From the NCBI GenBank assembly GCA_001600695.1, contig BCKQ01000004.1, positions 1,292,321-1,356,320 of the forward strand: a stretch of DNA of 64,000 nt, in the 5' to 3' direction. Shown piece by piece: positions 23,920 through 35,535 of this stretch. Every line of letters begins with the position of its first letter. The stretch's first letter is position 1. A program made the position numbers and the translations under genes. The notes beneath the pieces were generated by a model that saw only the letters and a list, made by a program, of their open reading frames with translations, searched no databases and was not told where the DNA came from. The DNA comes from Ascoidea asiatica JCM 7603 (Eukaryota > Fungi > Ascomycota).

Positions 23920-25086
23920 ATTATTTTTTCACATTCATACAATTATTTATCATTCATCATTTCTCATTTGTCATTTGTCATTATAGATCATATCTTTTCA
24001 AAATTTATTTTATTTTTACTATAAATTCTTCTCTCTAATTTCTTTATTATTTGTATTTTTTTAACTTCCTGAGATTTCTCAATTTGAAATTGAGACACTT
24101 TTTCAACAATTTTTTTGCCAATTGTTTTTACCAATTATTCTTTTTAATGATTCTTATCAAAAATTTTTTTCATGATTTTTTCTTCTCTAACAACATTACT
24201 TTAATTAAGTGTATAATTCAATAAACAATAAACCTATTTTTTTTCAATTTTTACAATTCAAATTATTTATTGTAGATTTTTGAAATAAGTTAACAGAAAC
24301 TATGAACTGTAAGTATATCTTACATATATAACCTTTAAAACCAAATCAAACTCTAAACCAGGACAAAAGCATAAACATTCCACTTAAGTCGCAGTCCCAT
24401 ATTCATTACTTTATGATCTTTTCTAGTTATCAAGATTTATTTCAACTTGTTTCATTTCTTAATCAGTGAAAATAAATTTCAAATTATTCATTTTGGAGTG
24501 TTTATTTTTGTAACTTTAGATATAAAGTGAAAAACTACCAAAAAGGATCCATTTATGGGGTTCTAATGCAATACAATGTTTTACTATGCTTTATAGCGTA
24601 CCGCAAAAATAATTACCAAATTCAAAAGCATGGCTAGTGTTCACATGGCGAGTGTATCCATACTGTTGGCGCTCATTTTTTATTTTCAAATGCTACAAAG
24701 AAAAGTTCCGTTTTCTCCAGGGAGTGAATTCTCTGCTGTTTTCTAACTGGTTTTTAACCGCCAGCAGCGGTGCTCACCCAATGACACCACCAAAATCTAT
24801 GGAAAACACTTGTTGAAACACCAAAATAAACATTACAAAGTGATTCTGAGAATAAACCAAATTAAACATATCAAGAAAACTTCAAGCTGGAAATTGGAAA
24901 TAAATCAATTGAATTCTTCAAAAGAATCAAAAGTTTTACACTTTTCATTGTTGAAATCTAAATATTCCTTAGATTGACTGATTATCCTTCAATTGTGATT
25001 AAAATCTAATTGAATTGATAGTCTTTCTTTCTCTTTGGAAGTCAATTTTTTGGTGAGAAAAACAGGATATATTGGAAATCCAAAAA

Positions 25087-28000
25087 ATGGATCTTAGAAC
25101 ATATCAACAATTTGCTAATCGACTTGAAGCCAGTAATTCAAATGAAATTTCCAATGATATTTCAAATGACAATTTAAATGATGGATCAAATATTAATACT
25201 AATAAGAATTCCAATAATAGTTCAATTAATAATTTGACTACTATTTCAAATGATACTTTAGTCGATAATATAAATGTTAACTCGAATAATAACTCAAATA
25301 ATAATAATAATCTTATTAATGAACCAATTGATTCATCTGTTCATAAAAATTCTAATTCTAAAAAAAAAAATGAAACTCAATTGAATGTAGCGCCTCCATT
25401 AATTCCAAATATTATGACATTAAGAAATATACAACTAATTCAACAACAACAACTAGAACAACAACAACAACAACAACAACAACAGCCAAAATCAAAATCA
25501 AAATCAAAAATAAGTAAAAAAACAATTGAAAGTGATTTAAAACAATCCAAAAAGGAAAAAGTAATAAATAATTTAAAAAATTTAAAAAAATCAAAAAATT
25601 TTAATAATTCAAATATTTTAGATAATTTAGCAAATTTAACTGATTTAGATAATTTAGATAATTTAAATGATTTAAATGATTTAAATGATTTAAATAATTT
25701 AGATATAATTAATAATTTAGATATTATAAATAATTTAAAAAAAAATAAAACTTCAAAATCTTTTAATGAAGCTGCTTATTTAAAAGATGAAAATAGAAAT
25801 AGAATTTTAGCTTTAAATAAATCTGAAAGAATGAAACTTGCAATAAAAGAAGTTAAATTAAATAAAATTTCTGGTAGAAAAGCTGCTTTTTATTATTTAG
25901 TTGATAGAACAACTTTAATGAAAAGACTTAAAGAAATTAAAGATTTAAAAGATATTAATGATATTGATAATATTGAATTTAATGATAATGATTTACAATT
26001 AGAATTAGATTCTCCTGCTAAAGGTAAAGGTTTTAAGCAAAAAAAAATTAATGATTTTGATAAAATGTTATTAGTTAAAATTTTTAAAGATTTTTCTAAA
26101 TTTTTTAATATAAATTTTACAAAACAACAAATACTTATAATTTTAAAATTACTTGTAACTATAAGATCAATTCAATTTTTATCATTAATTGATAAATATT
26201 CTATAAATATTTTAAATAAAGTTGATTCAATTTTTTATATTGATCAATATAAAGAATCTTTACCAAATTTTAATACAAAAAATCCAGTAACTTTAAATAC
26301 AATAAATTCAATTCCATTAGGTCCAAATTTAGTTTATCATTTAACTACAATTTCTAATATTAAAGTTTTAACTACTTCTATATTAAAATCATATTCAAAA
26401 GATTCTATAGAAGTTGAAATATTAAATTTCTTAGAAGTTTTAAATAATTTAGTAACTAATTATAGAATTAGATCTGATGATATTTATTCAATGATTCATT
26501 ATTCATTTTTTGAAAATAATATTAATAAAGCATATCCAAAACCTTCAATATATAATAATTCAGATAATTTAACAAATATTAATACAGTAAATGAATATAA
26601 TAATGATCCATTAAATGATAATATTATTGATATAATTAATGAACCAAGCTCAAATTCTAAAAAAATTAATGAAAAGAGTGAAAATAAAATTAATTATACA
26701 GTTGATTTCCTAGATTATGATAAAAATAATACAGAAAAAAATTCAAATAATAATGGACATGAAGAAAATCAAAATGATGAACCTATAGTGACAATTTTTG
26801 AATGTATTTCTAAATCAAGTTTAAATCCAATAATGTCACCTACCGTTGTATTTAGTACTGAACAAGGAAAACCTTCAATACCAACTTCAATTTCAAAAGG
26901 TCCACTTTTTAAAAATTGGTTATTTAAATTTTCAGAAACTGGTTTACCTAATTCAACTATTTTAAATCATTGGTTTTTACAATTCGATAGAATTACTTCA
27001 AATCTTGCAATTTTTAATCAACATCGATTTCAAAAAGAACAATTGAAAAAACAACAATTATTTCAACAAACTAAAAGAAAATCAAAAGAAGATTCTACTG
27101 AACAAGATGAAATCACTACTACCTATAATAATATCATAAATAATAGTAATACCAATACCAATCCTTTGGGTAGTATTACACCAATAAGTAATGAAAAAAA
27201 TAAGAAAAACTTTACTAAAATTGATTTACAAGATGAACCTAAATATGATATAAACACAATGGAATTACAAGATATAAATATAATGTTCTTACCTTTTCGA
27301 CTTTTGTTATTAGATGATGACCTTTCAATAACTGATTTAAAACAAATTGAGAAATTTTGTAGTTCAAGAAATATAGTATTAAAACTAGTACCTTCCCATT
27401 TATCAGCTTTTTTAAATCCTGTTAATAAATTTAGAATGAAACAAAAATTAATTAAAGAAAAAAAATTACCAAAATTATATTTGAATTTACTTGAAAGATT
27501 GGGTAGAAATTATGATTTAGGTAAAATTCAAAATAATCTAAACTGGCAAGATCACTCAATTTTTTCGGAAAAAAGAGCTAAGTTTTTAAGAAATTTATAT
27601 GATGCAAGAAAAGGATACTTTAATTCAACTAATATTATAAAATCTTTTGTTGATTCAAATATTTATGGAATTGATGAATGGAGAGTTGATAAGAAAACTA
27701 ATTCAGAAAAGTTAATTACCAGAATAAATAAACATTATGAACTATTATCTCCTTCAAAAGGTGAATCAATTTATTTCTATAATATGATAACTAAAAAATT
27801 AGTCTCATTTTTAAATATCAAAGAAAATGAAGATCTTCAAGATTTATATGAAAAAATTCCAATTTATAAACATAATGGTAAATATTATGCTTATCCATAT
27901 ACAGAAATTGATATTGGAAAACCTACAAAAAAATATCATTATGAATTTGATGAAAGGGAAGATTCACCTCCATTGAAATTGAAAAAAGTTGAATTTTTAA

Positions 28001-28242
28001 AATTTGAAGAGTTGAATGAAAATGATAGGATTGTTATTGATGAAGAAAATTTTGGTACTAAGGAAATTGAAATACTTAGAAATCAGAAAAAACAAATTGA
28101 ATTACTTGTTTCTGAAAATAATAAATTGATAAGCGATATTAATAACTTTAGAGTTAAAAATGATGATTTAAAAAGAAATGTTAATCTCCAAAAGAGAAAA
28201 CGATATCGACTTGTTAGAAATTCAATTGGGGGGTTCAAATGA
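25087..28242 (+). CDS. Domesticated/degenerate pogo-Fot1 transposase-derived protein (HTH-psq + DDE_1 remnant)
   Basis: MKLAIKEVK...SGRKAAFYYLVDRTTLMKRL (psq HTH); VTIFECIS...P.VVF, SETG.......WF..F, RLLLLDD..S, LVPSHLSAFLNPVN (cf. LPPH.SH.LQPLD), NIIKSF...IY; ATG at 25087. Confidence 0.75.
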   Translation: MDLRTYQQFANRLEASNSNEISNDISNDNLNDGSNINTNKNSNNSSINNLTTISNDTLVDNINVNSNNNSNNNNNLINEPIDSSVHKNSNSKKKNETQLNVAPPLIPNIMTLRNIQLIQQQQLEQQQQQQQQQPKSKSKSKISKKTIESDLKQSKKEKVINNLKNLKKSKNFNNSNILDNLANLTDLDNLDNLNDLNDLNDLNNLDIINNLDIINNLKKNKTSKSFNEAAYLKDENRNRILALNKSERMKLAIKEVKLNKISGRKAAFYYLVDRTTLMKRLKEIKDLKDINDIDNIEFNDNDLQLELDSPAKGKGFKQKKINDFDKMLLVKIFKDFSKFFNINFTKQQILIILKLLVTIRSIQFLSLIDKYSINILNKVDSIFYIDQYKESLPNFNTKNPVTLNTINSIPLGPNLVYHLTTISNIKVLTTSILKSYSKDSIEVEILNFLEVLNNLVTNYRIRSDDIYSMIHYSFFENNINKAYPKPSIYNNSDNLTNINTVNEYNNDPLNDNIIDIINEPSSNSKKINEKSENKINYTVDFLDYDKNNTEKNSNNNGHEENQNDEPIVTIFECISKSSLNPIMSPTVVFSTEQGKPSIPTSISKGPLFKNWLFKFSETGLPNSTILNHWFLQFDRITSNLAIFNQHRFQKEQLKKQQLFQQTKRKSKEDSTEQDEITTTYNNIINNSNTNTNPLGSITPISNEKNKKNFTKIDLQDEPKYDINTMELQDINIMFLPFRLLLLDDDLSITDLKQIEKFCSSRNIVLKLVPSHLSAFLNPVNKFRMKQKLIKEKKLPKLYLNLLERLGRNYDLGKIQNNLNWQDHSIFSEKRAKFLRNLYDARKGYFNSTNIIKSFVDSNIYGIDEWRVDKKTNSEKLITRINKHYELLSPSKGESIYFYNMITKKLVSFLNIKENEDLQDLYEKIPIYKHNGKYYAYPYTEIDIGKPTKKYHYEFDEREDSPPLKLKKVEFLKFEELNENDRIVIDEENFGTKEIEILRNQKKQIELLVSENNKLISDINNFRVKNDDLKRNVNLQKRKRYRLVRNSIGGFK

Positions 28243-28918
28243 TTTCGGATAGATTCTATCCTGGAATATTTGAATTCCAAACTAATTCAAAATAACTATT
28301 ACTTCTCAAACACCGCTGTATTATAAATCAATTTTTCTCATATTATGACTTTTCTATCAAGTCAAATTTCTTGTTGAACTAATTATAGTTTTGTCTCAAT
28401 TCTTTTTATATTTTTCGCTTTGAATATTCTTTTTTTATCAAAATTATATACTGTTGGCATTCGATTTCGGAAGTGTTTATAAATAATACTGTAATACTAT
28501 AATTTATGTGGCTTATGTCGTATCTTTTTTTCTAAAGCTTTTGATATTAATTTTTATTATGCAAATATTTTCATTGTATTTGAAAATTAGACTAATTGCT
28601 ATTCATTTTCTGTTATTTAATCCATAACCACTGAACGAAAACTGGAGCCTATTTGAATTGAAAAAAAAAACAGTTTAATTTGGTATTGCCAAAATGTCTT
28701 ACTTTTTATTGCAAAAGGTTGATTTTGGACTGGATATTCAGAATAATTGATTTGATTTTTTTATGATTACACGATCTTTTTACAATAAGTTTCTTATTCA
28801 GTTTCTTTGTGAGTCAGATAAGTTATTGATTTCTAATTGAAAGCAGCATTTATTACCGCAGTTTAGGAATATTTGTATTATTTTGGATCCGCCTGATTTG
28901 AATTGTTCATTATTTCGC

Positions 28919-28927
28919 TTTGCCACC
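28919..28927 (-). promoter_or_regulatory. Perfect PACE (Rpn4 site, GGTGGCAAA) upstream of DIP1984 copy 2
   Basis: TTTGCCACC, 12 bp upstream of TATAAAAG (28940-28947). Confidence 0.6.
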
Positions 28928-28939
28928 TTGACGAAACGT

Positions 28940-29618
28940 TATAAAAGGAGGAGCAAATTCCTATTCTTAATTCAATAAATAATCAATTAATAAATAATCA
29001 ATTAATTAATAAATTAATATAATAGATATTATAAAGAAATGAAATTATACTCAGCTTTAAGATTGAGAAAAGAGTATCAGACAACACTCGATAATCTCCG
29101 GAATCGTATCAGTGAGAATTGTGTTGTTCAAGAAGATACAGAACCTGCAGAAGATCCTAATGAATTGGTGAAAAGATATTTATCAGTGAGTGAGAGGTTT
29201 AAGAAATTGGTGGCAGATATCAATAAGACTAATTCGCAAAGTACTTTCAAATTCAATGGATCAAGTGAATTGAGAAGTATGACCGAGGCATTGGCAGAAA
29301 GAGAACAGTTGAAAAGAGAATATGATATGATGACAATGCTTGCATCTAGAGGAGTTGTTAAGACCAATCTTTATTCCAGAACCGAGATCAAATCCTTTTC
29401 TGTTGTGGATGTTGCAGCTCGTCAAACTCAGGCTTCTAAGATTTCAGATAAAAGGAGGAAGCTTGATGATTTGATTGAAGGTAAGAATTTTACCTTGGAT
29501 TTGGTGAGTAGTTTCAATTATGATGATGAAGATTAGATGCTTTCTATGAGATACTTTTTACGAAATACTTCTAGCAATGCTTTAAAAATGGATAATCACT
29601 AGTTGTTGGTAATACACT
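28940..29618. repeat. Right arm of inverted repeat (partner 1-663); may extend further right
   Basis: Direct alignment; carries a tandem duplication of AATAAATAATCAATT in the leader. Confidence 0.95.
29039..29536 (+). CDS. DIP1984-family protein, copy 2
   Basis: Identical to 83-580 except one N/K change (INNTN vs INKTN) and one synonymous AGG/AGA change. Confidence 0.8.
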   Translation: MKLYSALRLRKEYQTTLDNLRNRISENCVVQEDTEPAEDPNELVKRYLSVSERFKKLVADINKTNSQSTFKFNGSSELRSMTEALAEREQLKREYDMMTMLASRGVVKTNLYSRTEIKSFSVVDVAARQTQASKISDKRRKLDDLIEGKNFTLDLVSSFNYDDED

Positions 29619-30154
29619 TCAAGAGAATGAATATGATTAAGATATTCATTAGAATTATAAAATACAGTTGTTCCAGGAATGATGGATGAGTATTGATTAC
29701 TCCTTTTTGGATTTATATATTGTATGTTGATTGAAGTTGGTACCACTCTTTGGAAAGGTGGATGACACCCCCTCGATAATGAATTGACCTAATCACGTTA
29801 ACCGATCATTAATTACAGAATAACATTTACAAATTATTATTATTACCATGTCATCAATTTTCAAAGAGTGGGAGGGAGGGATTTGGGGATTTCAATCAAT
29901 AAAATAAATGTCTTAACAACAAAATACTTCTTTTCTATCGTAGTTGTAGTTGTAGTTATTTTCAATGGAATTGTCATTTTTCATTGCATTATAATTTACC
30001 AAAAAAAGTTCATCTCTACACCATTTTTCACTGCCTGCGGTGTTTGGATGTATCAAAGTGTTTGTCAACGGAGATTTGGAAAATAATTGAGAAAAGAAAT
30101 TAAAAAAGCTTTATTTGAAATACTTCATTTAGTGAAAATAAGAACAAGTTTTAA

Positions 30155-31940
30155 ATGAGTTTGAATGTAAAGAATACTTGTAAATACTTATACAAACTCA
30201 TGTCAGATTCATCATCTCATATAATCAATAAAAGACAGAAAACTGCTGATTCGTTGCCTAGAATTACAATATCTGATCCTGAAGCAAATGGTGCAGCTTA
30301 TATCATAGATGGGAACTTGAGAAGAGTGACTCCATATTTCTATACTTACAATACATATGCAAAACTACGATGGTATAATAGAACATTATTGGATATATTT
30401 TCAGTGGAATTTCGAGATAAATCAGTGGAATATTATAAGAATAAAATTGAGAATGGAGAAGTTTTGATTAATAAGAAACCATCTAATTTGAATTCTATTG
30501 TCAAAAATGGAGATCTTATAACTCATACAATCTATAGAAGAGAACCTCCAGTGACTTCGAAGAAAATTGAAATCATATACCAGGATAATTATTTGGTGGT
30601 GATCAATAAACCATCGGGGATACCTGTGCATCCAACTGGTAGATACAGATTCAATACAATAAATAATATCTTGAAATTCGAATATGATTTGAATGTTCAT
30701 CCATGTAATAGATTGGATAGATTGACATCTGGGATTATGTTTTTATCGAAAAACAGTAAATATTCGGAAATCATGAGACAACAATTATTCAAAAGAGAGG
30801 TGAAAAAAGAGTATATATCTAGAGTTAAGGGAGAATTTCCTTGTAATGAAGAGATTATTGTTGATAAACCATTGATAACATATGAAGCCAGATTGGGATT
30901 GAATAGAATCGATGAAAAAAAAGGGAAAGGAAAAGTAGCTAAAACTGTATTCAAGAGAATTTCATATGATGTTAGTTCGAATACCAGTATAGTGAAATGT
31001 CGTCCATTAACAGGTAGAACTCATCAAATCAGAGTTCATTTACAATATCTTGGATTTCCAATAGCCAATGATCCTATATATTCCAATGTATCAGTATGGG
31101 GAGAAGAACTAGGGAAAGGGAATAAAGCGGATTATAAAGAAATAGCAGATAAATTGGATATGGTAGGGAAAACGAAGGTAACTGGTAGTTGGTTCTATCC
31201 TGGTGATAATTCAATTGGGGAAGTATTAACTGGAAAGGTTTGTGAAATAAGTGGAGATGAGTTGTATTCTGATCCTGGACCTAATGATTTGGAATTATGG
31301 TTACATGCTTACAAATACGAGAGTAAGTCAGAAGAAGAAATGGATATTGAAAATAAGGTTATTGACAAAAAAGAAGGCGATATGAATAGTATAGTTAAAA
31401 AAGAGAAAGAAAAGAAGAAAACAGATATTTTTGAAAATAAATACAAAACGTGGAGTTATAATACAGAGTATCCTGAGTGGGCTGTTGAAGGGCATAGAAA
31501 GTATATGAAGCTTGCCATGGAAGAGGCTAAAAAAATGTGAAGAAAGTGAGGTAGCATTTTGTATTGGAGCATTGTTGGTGAATAATGATAAGATCTTGTC
31601 AAGTGGATTCTCGAGGGAATTGGAAGGTAATACACATGCAGAAGAGTGTGCAATAAAGAAATACTTTAATAATCATGCCAATGAGAAGGAATTACCAAAG
31701 GGGACTGTTCTATACACCACAATGGAACCTTGTTGTGAGAGATTGAGTGGGAAAAAGAGTTGTGTGAGTAGAATATTGGAAAGCAATATAGAAACATGTT
31801 TCGTGGGAGTTAAAGAGTCAAACAAGTTTGTAGATAAAAACAAGAGCATGGATGAATTGAATGAGAATGGAGTTGAGTATATTAAAATACCTGGCTATGA
31901 AGAAGAGTGTTTAAGAATAGCGAGTAAGAAAGCTTGTTGA
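30155..31940 (+). CDS. RIB2: Bifunctional tRNA pseudouridine-32 synthase / DRAP deaminase, split by an extra A in A7 at 31529-31535
   Basis: S4 domain, NKPSGIPVHPTGRY, NRLDRLTSG, PLTGRTHQIRVHLQYLG; deaminase GFSRELEGNTHAEEC...TTMEPC..RLSG...C in the +1 frame. Confidence 0.9.
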
Positions 31941-32254
31941 AAAGAGAGTGTTTGTATTTAAGCTATGACTAGTTTACAAATTATATGGAAAGCTTGAAAG
32001 CATATGTATTTAATAATTGTCTACGATTCAATAAGAAATCATCTGGTAGATTTTAAACATGTTAATTGGATGTAATTTTCTTTTTTTTTTTTTTGCAATA
32101 TTTCTCTAACTCAGAAGTTTTAATAATAGTTTATATAGCAAACTAGATGAGTAAAGTAAATTACTCATTTTCAAAGGATGTATTAATTTATTTGGTAAAA
32201 TGAAACAAAAAAAAGAATATCCTAAATGGAAATAAGATTGGATATAGAAAAAAA

Positions 32255-32326
32255 GGGCCGAGCTGGGAATTGAACCCAGGGCCTCCTGCACCCAAAGCAG
32301 GAATCATACCACTAGACCACACGGCC
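32255..32326 (-). tRNA. tRNA-Pro(TGG), no intron
   Basis: GGCCGTGTGGTCTAGTGG...CCTGC-TT-TGG-GT-GCAGG...GGTTCAATTCC. Confidence 0.95.
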
Positions 32327-32448
32327 AACTAATAATGGGTTTTTTAAATTATTGCTACACAACCAATTGCGGATGAGTAAATTCTATTTAAGTACTAATA
32401 ATTGTAAAATCGAATGGAGTCTAAAAAAAGGGGAATATAAAAAAAACA

Positions 32449-32520
32449 TGCCGCTCCCGGGAATCGAACCTGGGTTTCCTCGGCCACAACGAGGTGTACT
32501 AACCACTATACGAGAACGGC
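32449..32520 (-). tRNA. tRNA-His(GTG)
   Basis: GCCGTTCTCGTATAGTGG...CCTCG-TT-GTG-GC-CGAGG...GGTTCGATTCC. Confidence 0.95.
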
Positions 32521-32922
32521 TAATTATATACAGTTTTTTATAGTCAAAGGCTCTACACTAGAGTTTTTACAGTAAACTGAAACTATTCAATCTGCCTTGC
32601 TATGGCGCGCTGAACACTTAGTACATTGTTACTTATTGCTTTTTTATATTAATTGGCTTTTTTTAACCGTCTTTGTTGTTTTAGGCGTTTCTATTCGAAA
32701 TTTCAATTGAGATAATAAAAGAAACATAAATAAAGCGTAATAAAATAAGTATTCTAACTTAATGAAAGTGAAATAAATATGTGATTAATAGTGCAAAAAA
32801 GATATATCTTTTTTTTGTGACTACAATATATTCTATATAGACAAAAATAAACAGAAAATTTTAATTGGAGATAAATAGTTGTACTGTGGTCTTTAGTGTA
32901 AACTATATTTTGTAATATGTAT

Positions 32923-32994
32923 GCCGTTCTCGTATAGTGGTTAGTACACCTCGTTGTGGCCGAGGAAACCCAGGTTCGATTCCCGGGAGCGGCA
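32923..32994 (+). tRNA. tRNA-His(GTG), identical divergent copy
   Basis: Reverse complement of 32449-32520. Confidence 0.95.
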
Positions 32995-33182
32995 TTTGGA
33001 ATTGTTTTTATTATTTAAAAATTTTTTTTTTTATAAAATTATTAACATTTAAAGTTTGGTCTTAGAGGTATTAGATGAAAAACTTTAAACTCAAATTTTA
33101 ATATTTATTGTTCAAGATTTGAAAAATATACAGTATAATTAATTGAAAATGTAAATTAAAAAAAAAATTATTTAAAAGAAAT

Positions 33183-33623
33183 TTAATTAATAAAATCAAT
33201 ATAATACTTTCTTATTTCATATTTCCAATTTTCATTTACTTTTATATCAAATTCTTTCCATGGTAAATTATATGGATTAACAAAAATTGAATACATATTT
33301 CTATTTGCAAATCTAATTTTTTTATTAATTTTAATATCAATTTTTAAAATATTAAAAAAATTTTGTAAAGATTCATTATATTCTTCATAAGTTATTGGTT
33401 TATTAAACCAATTATTTATAGAATGTTTATTTAAAAATGTAAAATCTTTTAAATAACTTTTTATTTCAAATTGTTGATTTTTACTCATATCACTCATATT
33501 ATGATTAAATAAATAATAACCTTGAAAACCAAAAAGAAGTATAGCTTTATACATAATAATTTTTAAATTATTTTTAAATTCCTTAATTTCATTAGATTCT
33601 TTTTCATTAGTAGTATTATTATT

Positions 33624-33679
<56 letters not shown>

Positions 33680-35535
33680 TATCATCATCATCATCATCAT
33701 CATCATCATAACTTTTATCTATAAAAGTTGAAATATCTACCATAATTTTAACATATATATCACTTAATTCAATATATAAAGTTCTTAAAGTAATATCATT
33801 TTGAATTTTTAAAATAGATTTAATAATTTTCCATTTTAAGAAATGTAAATTTTTTTTAATACATTCAGAATTATTTTTTTTAATATTTAAATTTTTAAAT
33901 TCAAATTCACCCATTGAAATTATAATTTTATTAATTGGCCAAGTTGTTAAAGGTATAAAATCAATATAATTTAAAATTAATTCATTTAAAAAAATTTCAT
34001 AATTTTTAAATAATTCTAAATTTAAGATTTTAAATTTATTTATTTCTAAAAATTCAATAATTTCATTATTTTCTTTAATTAAATTATTATTAAAATGAAG
34101 TTTAAAATAATTCATTAAAAAATTATTTAAAAGAGTTGTATAAATTTCAAAAGCTGTTAAAATTTTTGGAAATAATTGAAAATTACAATTACTACAATTT
34201 TGATTTTGATTTTGATTTTGATTTTGATTTTGATTTTGATTTTGAAAAAAATTTAAATTTAAAGAATTTATAAATAAATTATTTGAAGAAATTTTATTTA
34301 TTTGAGGAAATTTTTTTATTGAAGATAAAATATGATTAAAATTAATTTGACCAATAATTGATTTACATCTTGGACAATTTAAAGATAAATAATAATCATT
34401 TTTTCTTTTACAATTTAAACATTTACAAAATTTTATAAAAAAATTTTTTTTTAAATAAATTTGTTTAAAAATTTGTATAGTTTTAAATTCAGGTATATAA
34501 TTTAAAAAAATTTCATCATCTTTTTTAATATCTTTTAAAGTAATTAAATTAATTTGATTATTAATAAAAATTAAAGAAATATTTGGATCACAAGAATGAT
34601 TAATTAAAGATAAAAATGGATTAAATATAAGACCAGAATTTTCATTCATATTATTATAAATTTTAATTTGATTGATATATAACTTTATAAAATATGGTTG
34701 TTAATATATAATTTATATTAATATATTTTATAGGTAGGTAATTTTAGGGAGATAGATATATTGTATGTTGGTATATGTATATATGAGTGGTGAGTGAGTA
34801 TTAACGTACGAAATAAGATAATGTTAAAAGATTTGAATCAGAGAATTGATTTAAGAGATTAAAAAGAATAGGATCAAAATTTTTATGAATTGAATTTAAA
34901 AGTTTTATTGAATTATTAATTTGAGAATTAATATTAATATTAATATTTTGTAGGATATTATTAATATTTTTTGAATTTAAATGAAATAAATTATTAATAA
35001 TTTTAAAATTTTTTGAATTTGAATTAATAAAAATTAATAATCTTATTAATAATCTAAAATTTAAATTATTAAAAAATTTATTATTAATTAATAAATTTTT
35101 ATAAATTAAACATTCAATAGAATGAAATTTATTAAAATCTAAATTTTTACAAAAATTAGAACAATAATATAATAAATTACAAATTTCACAAATTTTTTTA
35201 TTTTTAAATTCTATAGTTTTAAAACAATTTGAACAATAAAATTCATTTAAATTTAAAGAAATATTATTATTAATATTATTATTAATATTAATATTTGAAA
35301 TTAAAGAATGAATAGAAGTATGAGATTTAAAATTTATTGAAGATTTTATACTAAAATTATTATTTAAATTATTATTTAAATTATTAAATAAATAAAAATT
35401 TTTTGGTATTAAATTTGATATAATATTATTATTTAAAATTAAATTTGAATAATTATTTTCAAAATCATTAGATATATAATTTTTTGAATTAATAATATTC
35501 ATTTTTGAATTAAGTTCATGATAATCATCACTCAT
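33183..35535 (-). CDS. SET and MYND domain (SMYD-type) methyltransferase; exons 35535-34810 and 34682-33183
   Basis: MYND finger CSNC..CEIC..YCSNFC..H..EC; INHSCDPN, EIFLNY, CKCLNC; intron 34809-34683 GTACGT...TATTAAC...AAG joins the two ORFs in frame. Confidence 0.85.
33624..33707. repeat. (TCA)n microsatellite encoding a poly-Asp tract
   Basis: Directly visible. Confidence 0.9.

Noticed and set aside
24400-28900. Active DNA transposon around the pogo-like ORF
   Set aside because: No terminal inverted repeats found and catalytic motifs degenerate
664-28939. MAT flip/flop locus inside the inverted repeat
   Set aside because: No HMG, alpha-box or homeodomain MAT gene, SLA2 or DIC1 recognised inside or beside the arms; STE3 is 27 kb outside
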